Shown piece by piece: positions 38,501 through 50,500 of a stretch of 64,000 nt of DNA. Origin of the DNA: Ascidiella aspersa. Its lineage: Eukaryota. The notes beneath the pieces are model-generated. The model made no database searches, had not been told where the DNA came from, and saw only the letters and a list, made by a program, of their open reading frames with translations. The position numbers were made by a program, and so were the translations under genes. The stretch's first letter is position 1. Every line of letters begins with the position of its first letter. The stretch covers positions 9,300,001 through 9,364,000 of the forward strand of contig OZ004607.1 in the NCBI GenBank assembly GCA_963924565.1, given 5' to 3'.

Positions 38501-41500
38501 TCCTAAACGTTTGGTAAAGAATCGATGAGTTGACTTAGCCCTTTGGACAACTGTTATCGTGGAGCATGAAATTATTTTGTTCAGAGTTCATGATTTAAGC
38601 GTTGACTTTTGTTACTAACACAATTAAATACTTAAGGTATTTAAGAAATAACAATTTGCACGAACTATTAATGGATAAAATGAAATTGAATTAGGACTTT
38701 GAACCGCATTTGTTCTTCTGTCATTTCGAGCTCTGATGTTTTCGCAAATGCAATTAGATGACCGCAAAACGCGTCAACGTTAAACGATAAGCAATGACAC
38801 GCACCCCCATTAGTCGCAATCTAACGCTGACAGACGCGAGAGCGCTCCCAACTTAGAACGCCTTCAAATACCGCTATCTCGCCAATCGCTTGCCGCAAAT
38901 CCGAACTGTCAGTCTGTGATGTAGGACAGGGGCCTCGAAACACGCGATTCGGGGCCGAGTTCAAGTGCCTAACATCTATCATTTTTTCCTTAAGTCCCCA
39001 TTGAATCGCCCAGCGCATTCCAAGGTTAATAGGCTGCTGCTAGGATCGTGCAGTTATTCGTCAGTGCGTTGTGTACTAGGGACACGGGTGAGATCTGACT
39101 AAGCTCTTAAGCTGACGTGATGTTTTCTTCGCGTGTCAAAAAAACCTCCGAAGGGTCTGGGAATAATAAGATTGCGAAGTCGAAAGGAGTGGCCTAATTT
39201 GACGATTTTTTCTGCCAAGTTATTTAGGCGCCTTAGAAGAAAGTCGTCGGCTTTTCTTTTAAATCGACAAGGTCAGCAGCAAACCACGGATCTTGCAATT
39301 TTCTATAACCAATTAGTTCCCAGCAAACAGGAATTTACAGTTTCTTTGATAAAAAACGTTAAGGAGCTGGTTTAAAAATTTAGAGCTAAACATTAACGTC
39401 CTTCATACTATAGTTTGACTTGGAATTGAATCAAAATCATTTTCAGTAACGACCCAAATCAATCGATCCCTATTTGGGTTTGGTATAGTTGGCATTCAAC
39501 CAATTTCAACAAAAAAACTATTGATCTACTGCGACCTTCCTACTGAAGTTACATTTTTCTGCGAAAGCACTTTAAAAACGTTTAAACATGTAACTATTAA
39601 AAAAAATAGTTTGAATTAAAAGTGTATTTGGATATCCGTAAATAGAAGAATAACAAACGTTTTGAAAAACTTTATAAATCCCATTTTTTTTATATATTTT
39701 ATGACTGAAAAAGTGTGTTTCGAGACTCGACAACTTTTAAGACACATATAGAACACCCTTAATGCAATTGGACTTGACCGCAAACGGACTGGCACCGACC
39801 TTGCGGAGTCATGCGAGAATTGACTCCCGACAGTGGACACTGAGACGACTTCTCCACGGACCGCCTGGTCCTGTCCTCCACCCCGTCGTAGTCGTACTCA
39901 TACGCAGGATAATCTTCAGGAGGCCGCTCCGCGCTTCGCTCCTGGTGGGATGAAACGGAGGAAGAGGATGATGAAGATGAGGTCTCCTCCGATCCGTCGT
40001 CATCCTCGCCGCTTCCTGGAAGATGGTGAAAGAAGAAAATGTTGAATTTCGCAAAAAAACGAAAAAATAATTATAGCAAAGCCAGAAAGATATCCAAAGC
40101 AGAACCGGGGGCAAATGACTTTTAAACCCATGAAAATAGAGTCAGATACATATGTCTTATTTAGTAAAATATCGCTTCGCCACAAAGCTAACCGCTTTTA
40201 CCGATTGCAATCTTTCAATTGCCAACTTTCGATAAACGGCCACAAACTATTTTATCTATTTATTTACAAAACGGTGATGATTTTTAACGGTTGCAATCTA
40301 TCAAATTGTCAATGTTATTTTATAATATTTTGCAAAAAAATAACTTTAGATAAACGGACGCAAACTTTTTCCAAGGTGTCAGTGAATCATAGTAATTCGC
40401 ACTTTAAGCTATTAGGTTCAAGAATATTTTCTGTAGGACATTGTAATAGGTCAAACATAACCCTGTTTAACCAGGAAAAATTTATTTTGACAAAATTGAA
40501 GGGTTTTTAAAATGTGCAAAAGTCAACAAAGGTTTACTCAAAGGCTAACACTATGCTACCAATGTCTCTGTATGGGTGTATCATCGCAGTCACTTTAAAA
40601 TTGTTCGAAAGAGTTACACAAAATTTACTCCAACGCACGATTTACTAGCAATTTGTGCGAAGCTGAGGGGGTTACAGTTTGAGATGGTAGTTCTCTTATA
40701 AAGCCAATACCTTTCCGATGTTTTAACCTCTCACCTTCTCCGCTGCTTGCGTCCTCATCGGCCGGGCAGCAAACCTGGCAGCAGTAGCCCTCTGGCACGT
40801 ATTTGTGTTGGCAAGAGGTGGTCATCGGGCACTCGATGGAGAAGCAGTGGACGTCGCCGTCCAGGCAAACGCACTCAGTACAGGTGTCCGACTTCCACAG
40901 GTGGTTGTTGGCGTAAATTTGTCCCTCGTGTATGCACGCGTTCGAGCCTTTGGTGTCGATTGGGTGCGGGGAGGCAAGAAAAACAAAGTAGCATTGGTTA
41001 GATTTAGACGACTGAGGGCTGGTTGTTTTGTTTACTTTCGAAAAAACTACTCGGATCGTGATTGGCTGAGCGAAGCGAAACGTAACAAAGCGGCGTGATT
41101 CAAAGTGCGCGCTAGGTGGAGGCAAAGCGTGAATAATTTACTTTTGCAATGATTTTTTTTTGTTTTTGTCGCTAATGCAACCGATTTTGGCATAATTGTG
41201 TGGTAATTATTACCGCAGTCGATTATTAAGTTGAGTTTTTGGCGGTGTTGGCGAGAAATTAATCTTGCCGGTTGCACAAAAAACAAAAAGCAATGAAAAC
41301 TTACAAACTCGCAGGTTCGGCAGTTCTTGCAAAAAAATTGGAAAAATCCATCATTTGGATTGAAGTGCCTTAGGTTTAAAGGCTTTTAAGAATACACAAA
41401 ATGATCTAAATTCTTTACAAAACTAGCGCTAGGCAAGCTAAACAAGGTTTAGTCGCATCTAAGCAGGTTCTAATCTAATGCAACCCAATAGCCTTTGGTA

Positions 41501-44500
41501 GAAGTGTAAAGAATCCAGGACCTAGGTTATTCGCCAAGGAACCGCCGTACTTGCCAGTTTAAAGATATAAAGCGTCGGATAAAAGCACAATTAAGCAACA
41601 CCAAAATCGCATGCAGCTAAATGTTTCACTATAACAAACGGTAAACACACACATAAGTCTAAAACTACCAAACAAGTGTACAGTAATGTCATGCAGTTGA
41701 CTAAAAGCGGTGCGCTTGTGAAGGGTGTTTGTGACGTAACAGCAGTGCTGACGTGTCATTGCGCCAAGTGAAACGAATATTACCACTGGATTATTATCAC
41801 CTTTTGTACACCGATGTCATGCAAAATTGTAACTGCGGTTTGGTAAATTATTAAACAAGTGACTTTCAAAAATCGAGATGTATAAATTATATGCTTAGCA
41901 ACTTACACAGAAATAAAGTGTAAACTTTTTCGATCTTTTTTTGACATGCCTATGTGGCAGACTGGCAGTTTATCTGTGGTGGGTTACTGATGTAGCCCCA
42001 ATGGAGACGACTTAAGTGAAAAGGGCAATCAATTACAGATAGAAAAGTAGTAACGATGATTGGTATTAATACACAACACGAATGAGAAAGGAATGACGCG
42101 GAGAGAAGAGTGCAATTACTGCAATGAATCAAAAGCAAATGTTCACCAAATTAGTGTCCAGCTGGGCCCCTTAATTTCAAACCAGTTCCCTTATTATCCA
42201 TTCTTGCAGTATCCGTATAGAACGTGCCTCTTTTTAAACACACGTTTTGTAAGAATAGTTTTTACGCAAATGAACTTTGACAGAAAGGGTGTTTTGGCAA
42301 TAGGCTCGATTTCGTTATTGACAACTGCAGCTAATTTTTATTTGTTCTTTCCGTTATATATTTTACAGTTTTACGAAATATTGCCCAAACAAAACTATAA
42401 GAATAAGGCAAAATAATTTACCAGGCACAATTTTTCGTTTTAATCGTTCAACAAATATGAAGCTTGAGTCGGATTTAACTTGCAAGTATTGCAAAACACA
42501 ATTTAGCCCAAATTTAACCCAGATCTTTAACGTGTATTACCCAAGCATTGGAGCCCAGCTGGTTGACGCAATTACAAACTACGGTCACCACTTCCCATCT
42601 TCTGCTAACAAGCAATCTACTACAAAAATGGGCTGAGTGGTGCCAATTGAGTTAGGGGGTAGGGTTGAGGGTTGGATTGATCACTCTACACCAGCACACC
42701 AAACCGTGGGGGGAGCAGGGGGTGTCCCGGGGACTCACCACAGGCCGAAAACATGACGTCATCAATTGCAACGGAGGCCAGAGCGCCGGGCATGGGGCGC
42801 GCTTCAAAAATCACTTGGAAGGGTTGCTTGTAATCGGGCAGGGGCACGGCCGTTCGCCGCCAAGCGTCCTTGCCGCCGGCGCTGACGTCAGAGGTGACGT
42901 TGAGCACCGGAGTGCGGTAGCCGGCGTTGCACGAGAGTAGGTAGACTTGCAGCGGCGGAGTGCGCGTCGTTACTTGGGCGTCGAGAGAGCGGACGAGGTA
43001 GCGGAAAGTCATGCAGATTCCCTTGAGCGGGTTGACGAAGAAGGGGCTTGATAAGGTGCCAACCGCCTGTGGCGCTGAGGTAGTTTCGTGGTATTCTGCA
43101 TAGTGGTTCAGTCGCCCTTCACTCCAAGGCGTCTCGCCGCTTTCAACGTCCGAATACCCATCGTCGTCGTCGTTTAGATCGTTGGCCGGCCGCCGAGACG
43201 CGAAACCCCGCCGATTGTTTGACGCTTGCAGCGTTTCACTGGCGACTTGCCACGAAGCGTCGGTCTCGAAAAGACACATCGTCCCGCCGCCGCCCTTCCG
43301 CTTGGTGGCGCTGGTCTCGTCGCGCTGCCGCTTGCGGCGCCCCGGCAGCGACATGACGTTCTCGCGGTCGAAGTCGCAGCTCAGGTCGGTGACGATTCGC
43401 TTCCACAAGACACCAGCGCAGAATTGAACGGTCGGCGGGCCGTCGAAGGAGAAAACCCCGCCGAATGGATCGGACGGCGTCGGGCTCACGGTCGCTGCGC
43501 ATGGTTGGCGGTGAACAACCGAAATCGACGGTTTTAACCGACGCCGGGTAAACATAATGGGTCTCGGGCCGGGGTGAAAGTAGAACAAGTTTCTTACCGA
43601 AACGATGTTTTTTGTTTTGTTTAGTAAAACTAATTTATTTACCGGAGAACATAAAATTTTCAAAGATGGCATCACAACGGGACGTCTAAGACAAGTAAAC
43701 TTAGGAAATCTGGATTTTTGTTATAAAACTGAAATCTTAGTTTAAATACATCAAATGAGATGTCGGTATGGCCTGGTCAAAAAGGACAGTTTTCTCCCCA
43801 TAATTTTTTATTCCGGACTGTTCCGGCTTACTTTTACCTTTGGTCTCGTGGTTGGGTTTTTCGGCAAATGCACGCGTTACACACCAGTCAGTAACTGGCT
43901 AAAAATCGCGTTCTGCAAAGGCCGTGAGTCAGAAAACGTGCGGCGCTTTTAACGGCTGCCAAAACAAACGAGTTTCGAGACGAAAATAGCGGTTCATCAC
44001 ACAACTGCGACCTGGCGCTCCGGATATACGGAAGGCTGACTTACTAATTTTTCGGCCAGTGGCGATGCCAAGAAATAAACCCAATTTCCTTTTTCGAGTC
44101 GCGACAGGATGCCGGGTTAATAGGGGGTCTGAGTAACGGTCCATCACACGTTAATTGTCTGTGTTATTTGCCCGATTAAAATCAACTTCGCTCGAATTTG
44201 AACCGTTTAATCGAAATTTACTCGTCTTTATCTGACAAGCGTTTAGTCATCAATGTTATTATTTTACCGGACTACAAAAATAACTGAATAAGTGAAAAAC
44301 GGCCCACCACTACCCTTGAATCGATAAAAGGACTAGGTCTTTACCAGGGGTGGATTCAGGATTTTTGTTGGGAGGCACATTAATTTTTTAGGGTCAATGT
44401 CAAAAAATAACGCCATGGCGTGACATCATAAAACGACTATTCTGTGCACGGACAAAATTATAAATAAATACAGTCTAGGGCTAGGCGAAAAATGCGTTTA

Positions 44501-47500
44501 TTTGCCTTAAATTGCTAACTTTCAATCTAGAGATATATAAATACAGTCTAGGGCTAGCCGAAAAATGCGTTTATTTGCTTTAAATTGCTAAAACTTTCAA
44601 TCTAGAGATTCGGTACACATTAGCCACTTTGAAGAGAATTGCATATTGCTAAAAATAACAGAAATTATATTAGTTAACAAAAATTGCCCTTAAATAGAGT
44701 TTTATTACAAATTATGCATGGCGTTGTTACGCTAAATAGATTGCCTTAAAGCGGACAAAAACTATTAAAAATTTATAAAAGTTCATGCCACCCCTGAATC
44801 CACCCCTGGTCGTTGCACTATGTTTTTATTTATAGACCACTTCGCGAATCGCTTATTGTCGTTACTGAATAGCTTGCGCAGTAATGAAATAAACGGACGT
44901 AGACGGGCCAATACTTTAACATATGTACAAGCTAAGGGGACTCGACTAGCATTCAGAAAGAAACTAACGGAAATAACGTCATTGGCGTTAAAGGGTTACC
45001 GAAGTCTTCAATTGATACGTATATTGACTTGGGGAAAGTAATAAGCGAAACTTTCTCCCTAGCGATTGACTTTGAAACCATAGGTTTGTCCGTAACAAAA
45101 ACGGGTAACTCATTACGATTTCCAAATGCGTAATATGTGTCGCAAAAGGCTTTTATTGGTAAAATTGAATGTTGGCCTGAACAAACTGCACGTTTTGGTA
45201 CTTGTTTTCCTATATGTTATTTGTTGTAACTTAACGTGTATTCACTTCGCAATCCGGGTATGAGCATTTTCATATCTATATTATAACAATTCACCATCCT
45301 CTAACTAACTGATTCATACTGCATTGGCGGCAAACAGGTTGAACTTGGTTAATTTATATTACGCTCCGAAAGCAGCTAAACACACGTTTCGTGCTCGGGT
45401 ACCACAAAGATTCACTTAGTAAAAAAGAGGAGTATAGGGGATTTAAAAAAAGTCTAACTGCAGTATATGCAACGATTAACACACTTGTGTTAAAATCAGG
45501 TTGATAAAATAGGGAGTGTTTTACAGGGCCCATGTTATGAGGGTAATAGTCACCCTATTTACCTTACTTGGTTGATCGGGTTCGGGTGGGTAAAAAGGGG
45601 GGTTTACTTATCGTGCTGATTAAGACTAAAAATTGGGTAAAAAATCACGCTAAAAACAGGAAGCTATTGGCGCTGGTAAACGTGATTGTGTTTACTTAAA
45701 AGTGGCCATGCGACAAATCCAAGCCTTTTGAGCCGTCTGCGGCCAATGCGAGAGTTTCGACACAATTCCTTATCAATGTGCAGCGCGGCTGCGGTGTGTA
45801 CGTGCCTTGGCATAGGCGGCGGCTGGCGCACCTGCGGTCGTTCACTTCGGGAGGTTTCTGACTGCGACCGGGCCGACTTGCAAGCTTGCTGTCGGTTTGA
45901 CTGACGGCTTGCAATAGGCCTGCTTAAGGCGGCCCGGCGCGCGCAAAACAATGCCGATTGTTTGCGAACAAATGGCGCCGCTGGACATTGACGCCGAAAA
46001 AAGTTCGGACACAGTGGCGAATGCAGAATAAACCGTGTGTTGACCCATCCCGTTGAAGCATTGTGGAATAGCAAGTTTTCAGGCTTTAAGGCGCTTAATC
46101 TCAAATATTATGTCAATGAAAACCGAAAAGGGGTTTAAACACGCATCAAACATTAGACATTTAGGTTTCTAATGTGTCACAAACCGACAAATGTTTAACT
46201 TGTGTTGCAGGACATAAAAAGTGTCTCGGCAATACCACGCTCCAGGTCAAAAATTTAGTTTTTAAATATATCACAAACCAATCAAAATTTTCGTTCTCAA
46301 CGGAGGATAAAAGTGTCTAGACGCTTCATATCAAACTTTAGCTTCACGAAAAAAGAAAAGGGCCAAAAGTCGCGCCTCAATGTAAAATATTAGCGTTCTA
46401 GTCGATCGTCACCGATCAATCTTGACGTGCAATTCGATGTTAAACTTGGGGCGGTCACAGTGATGGCATATAGCAGAGGGCAAGTTGCCACGTTGACACT
46501 TGTGCCACTTGCCACTTGTCACTCATGCTCAGCAGTTGCCACCCACGACGGCCGTACAAAGCGGGCGGTGTAATCACTGTAATGCCTTAAGTCGCGGAAA
46601 GGCTCATCAAAAGTGTGACGTCACTACTTATTAACCGCCTGCTATTACGTCACGATCGCGGTGGGAACACAAAGCGTCTTTTTCACAGCGGAGTGCGCGC
46701 CGTTCGACGTGTTTTGTTGTCTAAACACTCTTACACGTGCGGCAGTGTCTCGTTACATACACTGGCTTGTCATTCATTGTGAAATAACATATGCGGGTTT
46801 TCAATTTAAGAACGCAAAATCCCGGCCAGTGCAGTGGCATGCACTTGTGCTGTTCTTAACGTTTCTGCAACAAGCGTGTGCAAATATGGTGTACTTGTGA
46901 AACTATCCTTATGTTTTGGAACACAATACACGGATTTTTTTAGTAACTTCAATAAAAATATAAAAGCCATAATATTTGATAAAAGCGACATTACCTTAAT
47001 TTTGTACTAAATACAGTAGTTTTGTACTAAATACCCCAACTTGGGTGGGTTTTAAGGCTACTTCATTGACTTGTCGCATTCATGTTCGTTGCGCTCAAAA
47101 CGTTATTTTACCGGCAAAAAGTTCGGGATTAAAAAAATGTTTTTAAGTGATAAAATATTGTACTACGTAATGAAAGCGTAAGATGATTTTAATGGAATTT
47201 TTAAACTTCTAGTAAAACTAACGATTTACAAAACATAGTTGTGTGACCAAAGCAAAAAAAAAAAAGAATAGCATTCTGGTTATCTTTACACAATTAGGTA
47301 AAATAGTTTTACTTTACTATTCGTTCGTAGAGTGGACTTAAACCTTAAAAAGACCAGGTGCAGATACTGGGCTATATAAGCTAAGCTAAGCGGACAAAGA
47401 AATCGCGCAAAACATTCGCCCGACACAATAAAACACTCAGCAGAAGCGCCAAAGCATCTTTACGCGTCGTACAATAAGTTCCAAAGCTGAGTACATTGCA

Positions 47501-50500
47501 GGTTTAAGCGCAGCTCTGCTTTAACTAACAAGTTAAACAAACAAGTACTTTCGCTTACCCGGAGAAACAACTGGGGTCGATTCTGAGGGGGTGGCCGTCG
47601 AGTCCGGGCACCCGCACACCCCGGGTGGGCCAGGTGGCCCCGCAGCGCCCTGAATTCCGGGTAATCCCCGATCGCCCTTGACCCCAGGGGCCGACGAATT
47701 CCCGTTACCAGGAGGGCCAGTTGGGCCTGCTGGACCTATGTCGCCTCGTTCGCCTGCAAAGTAAAAGTGTAAAATCGGATGCTAAGTTATGTAACTGGCT
47801 GTGGTATATATTGTGACTAGGGATGTCCGATACTTGACATTTTATTCCGATCCTGATTCCCAATTTTTTGGATAAAAAGTACCACAATCCGAACCACACG
47901 ATGTCATTACTGTGTCCAAATAAGCATAATACTGTAGTTGAAATCAAAACGTTTAAACGGCAATTTTTCCCAGGTTATTTGGCCATAACTTGCTTCACCG
48001 TTAAGATGTTCAGTTGTTAAAACAACTTAGATTTTGAAAATAACATTTAAGGCAGAATCACTACGTTAGATCTCAAATCATGTCTGAATTTCCATCTCAA
48101 TTTGTTTTGTGTGTTTACCACCCTAGTGTCGGACGAGTCTGATACTTCCACTTGGGAACGGCTATCGGCTCCGATATAACATTATAGGACAACCCTAACG
48201 GTGATCTAGCCCGGCTGAATACTCACCAACGATTATGACAAACTCCGGTTTGGGCCGAGGTCGTGAGTTCGAACCTCACTGCAGACTTGATTTTACTAGA
48301 TTTGATAATCGTGTTTAGGCCAACTGATAATAATTTGTCCGAAGGCACCCGGTGTAATTAACGTGCTTTGTTTAAGCGTAATTTTGATTAGGAAAAAGAA
48401 AGCGCTGTTTACAAAGTCTTTTACAGTTTTGAAATTCAGCCTTACCTTTAAGGCCATTTAATCCATCTGTTCCATTTACTCCCGGTTCTCCTTTAGCTCC
48501 ATCCAAGCCTATTTGACAAAACAATTACACTTTTTAAAACTGACTTTTCTTGTCGCTAAAGTAATATAATAAAGTATTGCTTTGGAAGCATATTGGCTGC
48601 ACATTTATTGACTGGGAAAAATAAGATCTTATAAACACTCTAAATTGTAAATTTGCTGACAACAACCAATAAGCCTTACACAGCGACTTTTGCCGTTTTC
48701 ACGCAGTATTTTATTTAACTTACCTGTTGGTCCTATGTCTCCTTCTTCTCCTTTTTCACCTTTTAACCCACTGGTTCCGGGGGCTCCCGTGGCCCCAGGT
48801 GACCCCGCCTCACCCCTGTCGCCCTTCAGACCGGCGAAGCCGTGAAGGCCCATCATTCCCCGGGACCCCTTTTGACCCTTGGGGCCGACAAGGCCAGGTT
48901 GTCCTGTGAGTCCGTCGGGGCCTGGCGGGCCGGCTGGGCCAGCGGCGCCGCGCGGGCCAGGCTGGCCAGGGGGTCCGACGGCACCTTGCGAAGTTGCTGG
49001 GCCTGTTGTCTGAAAAATGAAACGAGGGTGATTAAAACGATAAATTCTTATGTCAAGCCAGGGCTAATCAAGGTCGTATTTCGATACCGAAGCCTTTTGG
49101 TCAAATCCAATATAAAATGACGACATGTCGGTAATTATCAAAAGAGATGGACTGATAAACCATAAATGTTTGATGTTTTTTTCACCAGATAAGATTAAAT
49201 CGCCTTTAAAAAAATAGTTAAAGGAATAGTTTAATTATGAACTTCATTGTTAACAGTCAGTTTTAAATTTACTATTTTTATACAAAAAACTTTGGGGTAA
49301 AAAAATAAAACTTTGGGGGTAAGGTAAAGATCACTTCGTTGGATTGCAATCCTTGGCTTAACATGCCTATGTTAGTTTGATGTCGGATCGGCACCGATAC
49401 CACCCCAGTATCGAAAGAGTGCCAGTCCCATCACTTGACATCGGGTATCGACTCAAACAGACACCAAAATGACTAAAACGGCCACCCATGAGATGAATGC
49501 AGGTAGTCCATCCATATTTTTCAGGCTTGTATATGAGTCAGCGTCTACGATCCGCGTATCGCTCATGTGTGGTTCACAGCAAAAGAGGTCGACCTTTATG
49601 GTGGCTGATCGGGTTAAGTTCTTCTTCGTGAAAACGTTCGTTATTTACCGCTTTTCAATCAGCAGTAGGATTTCGGGATTGTTTTGATGAACATCACTAG
49701 TGACTACTACAGACAATGACAGACTGTCTATTAAAACTATTGGTTGTTTTACAAGCATTTCAAATACATCTTTCCCTGGGTATATTTTGGAAATGACAAT
49801 CACCGTCTATAATTGCCAGGAAAGGTTTTTTATTCATAAATCAACCGAACGAAAGCGGGTTTACCGAGGATTTCTTGGTTGTCGTCTTGGACATAGGTTT
49901 TCTGTATGATCCAAATTCACATTCCGGTTTATTTTATATTCATTTTCCGGCAAACAGAAATTTTTATTTTCACAAGAAATATTTAAAATAAGGATCAACT
50001 TAGTGTTTTGCTGAAAAAACGGTATATTTGGTTCCACTTGTCGTAAATATGGTAAATATACCGTTGCAACCAGTATACTACCACAATGAGGAATAGCGGC
50101 TGTGGTTACGTAAAAAAGCGCGTGGCTAACTTATAGCGCAACTATAGGTATGTCCGACACTTTGACATTTTATTCGTATACCGATACCCGATATTTTTGA
50201 TCTTTACCAAATGACACCATTACTAAGCCTAAACGAGCAAAATATATGAAAAAAAACGTTTAAAGTAATTTTTCCACCAGGTTACTAACCTAAAATTTGC
50301 CTTAGCGTTAAGAAGTTTAGGTACGCCCAGTTGTTAAAATAATATACTTTTCAATATATACTTGTTGTTCACCGGTAAACCGAGTTAGTCATTCACAAAA
50401 CGGCACTCATCCGATCAAACCGGCTCGTATAGTGGTTTAGACCGCCACCGGCCTCCCGACCAGACTAATGTGGTGTTTGTTGCTCGCGGCCGCCAGACCG

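Noticed and set aside
45664-46104. 146-aa minus-strand ORF and overlapping ORFs as an additional exon or gene
   Set aside because: No domain signature and no convincing phase-compatible splice sites; explained by local GC richness.
33358-49120. Plus-strand ORFs such as 33358-33723, 36528-36830, 40747-41098, 42665-43537 and 48727-49120
   Set aside because: Antisense shadows of GC-rich minus-strand exons, with no independent coding signal.
49865-49901. Possible 37-nt minus-strand exon ([13 protein letters not shown]) that could join an alternative acceptor 7 nt inside exon 49009-48724
   Set aside because: Frame-compatible, but the acceptor context is weak and the model works without it; only RNA data can decide.
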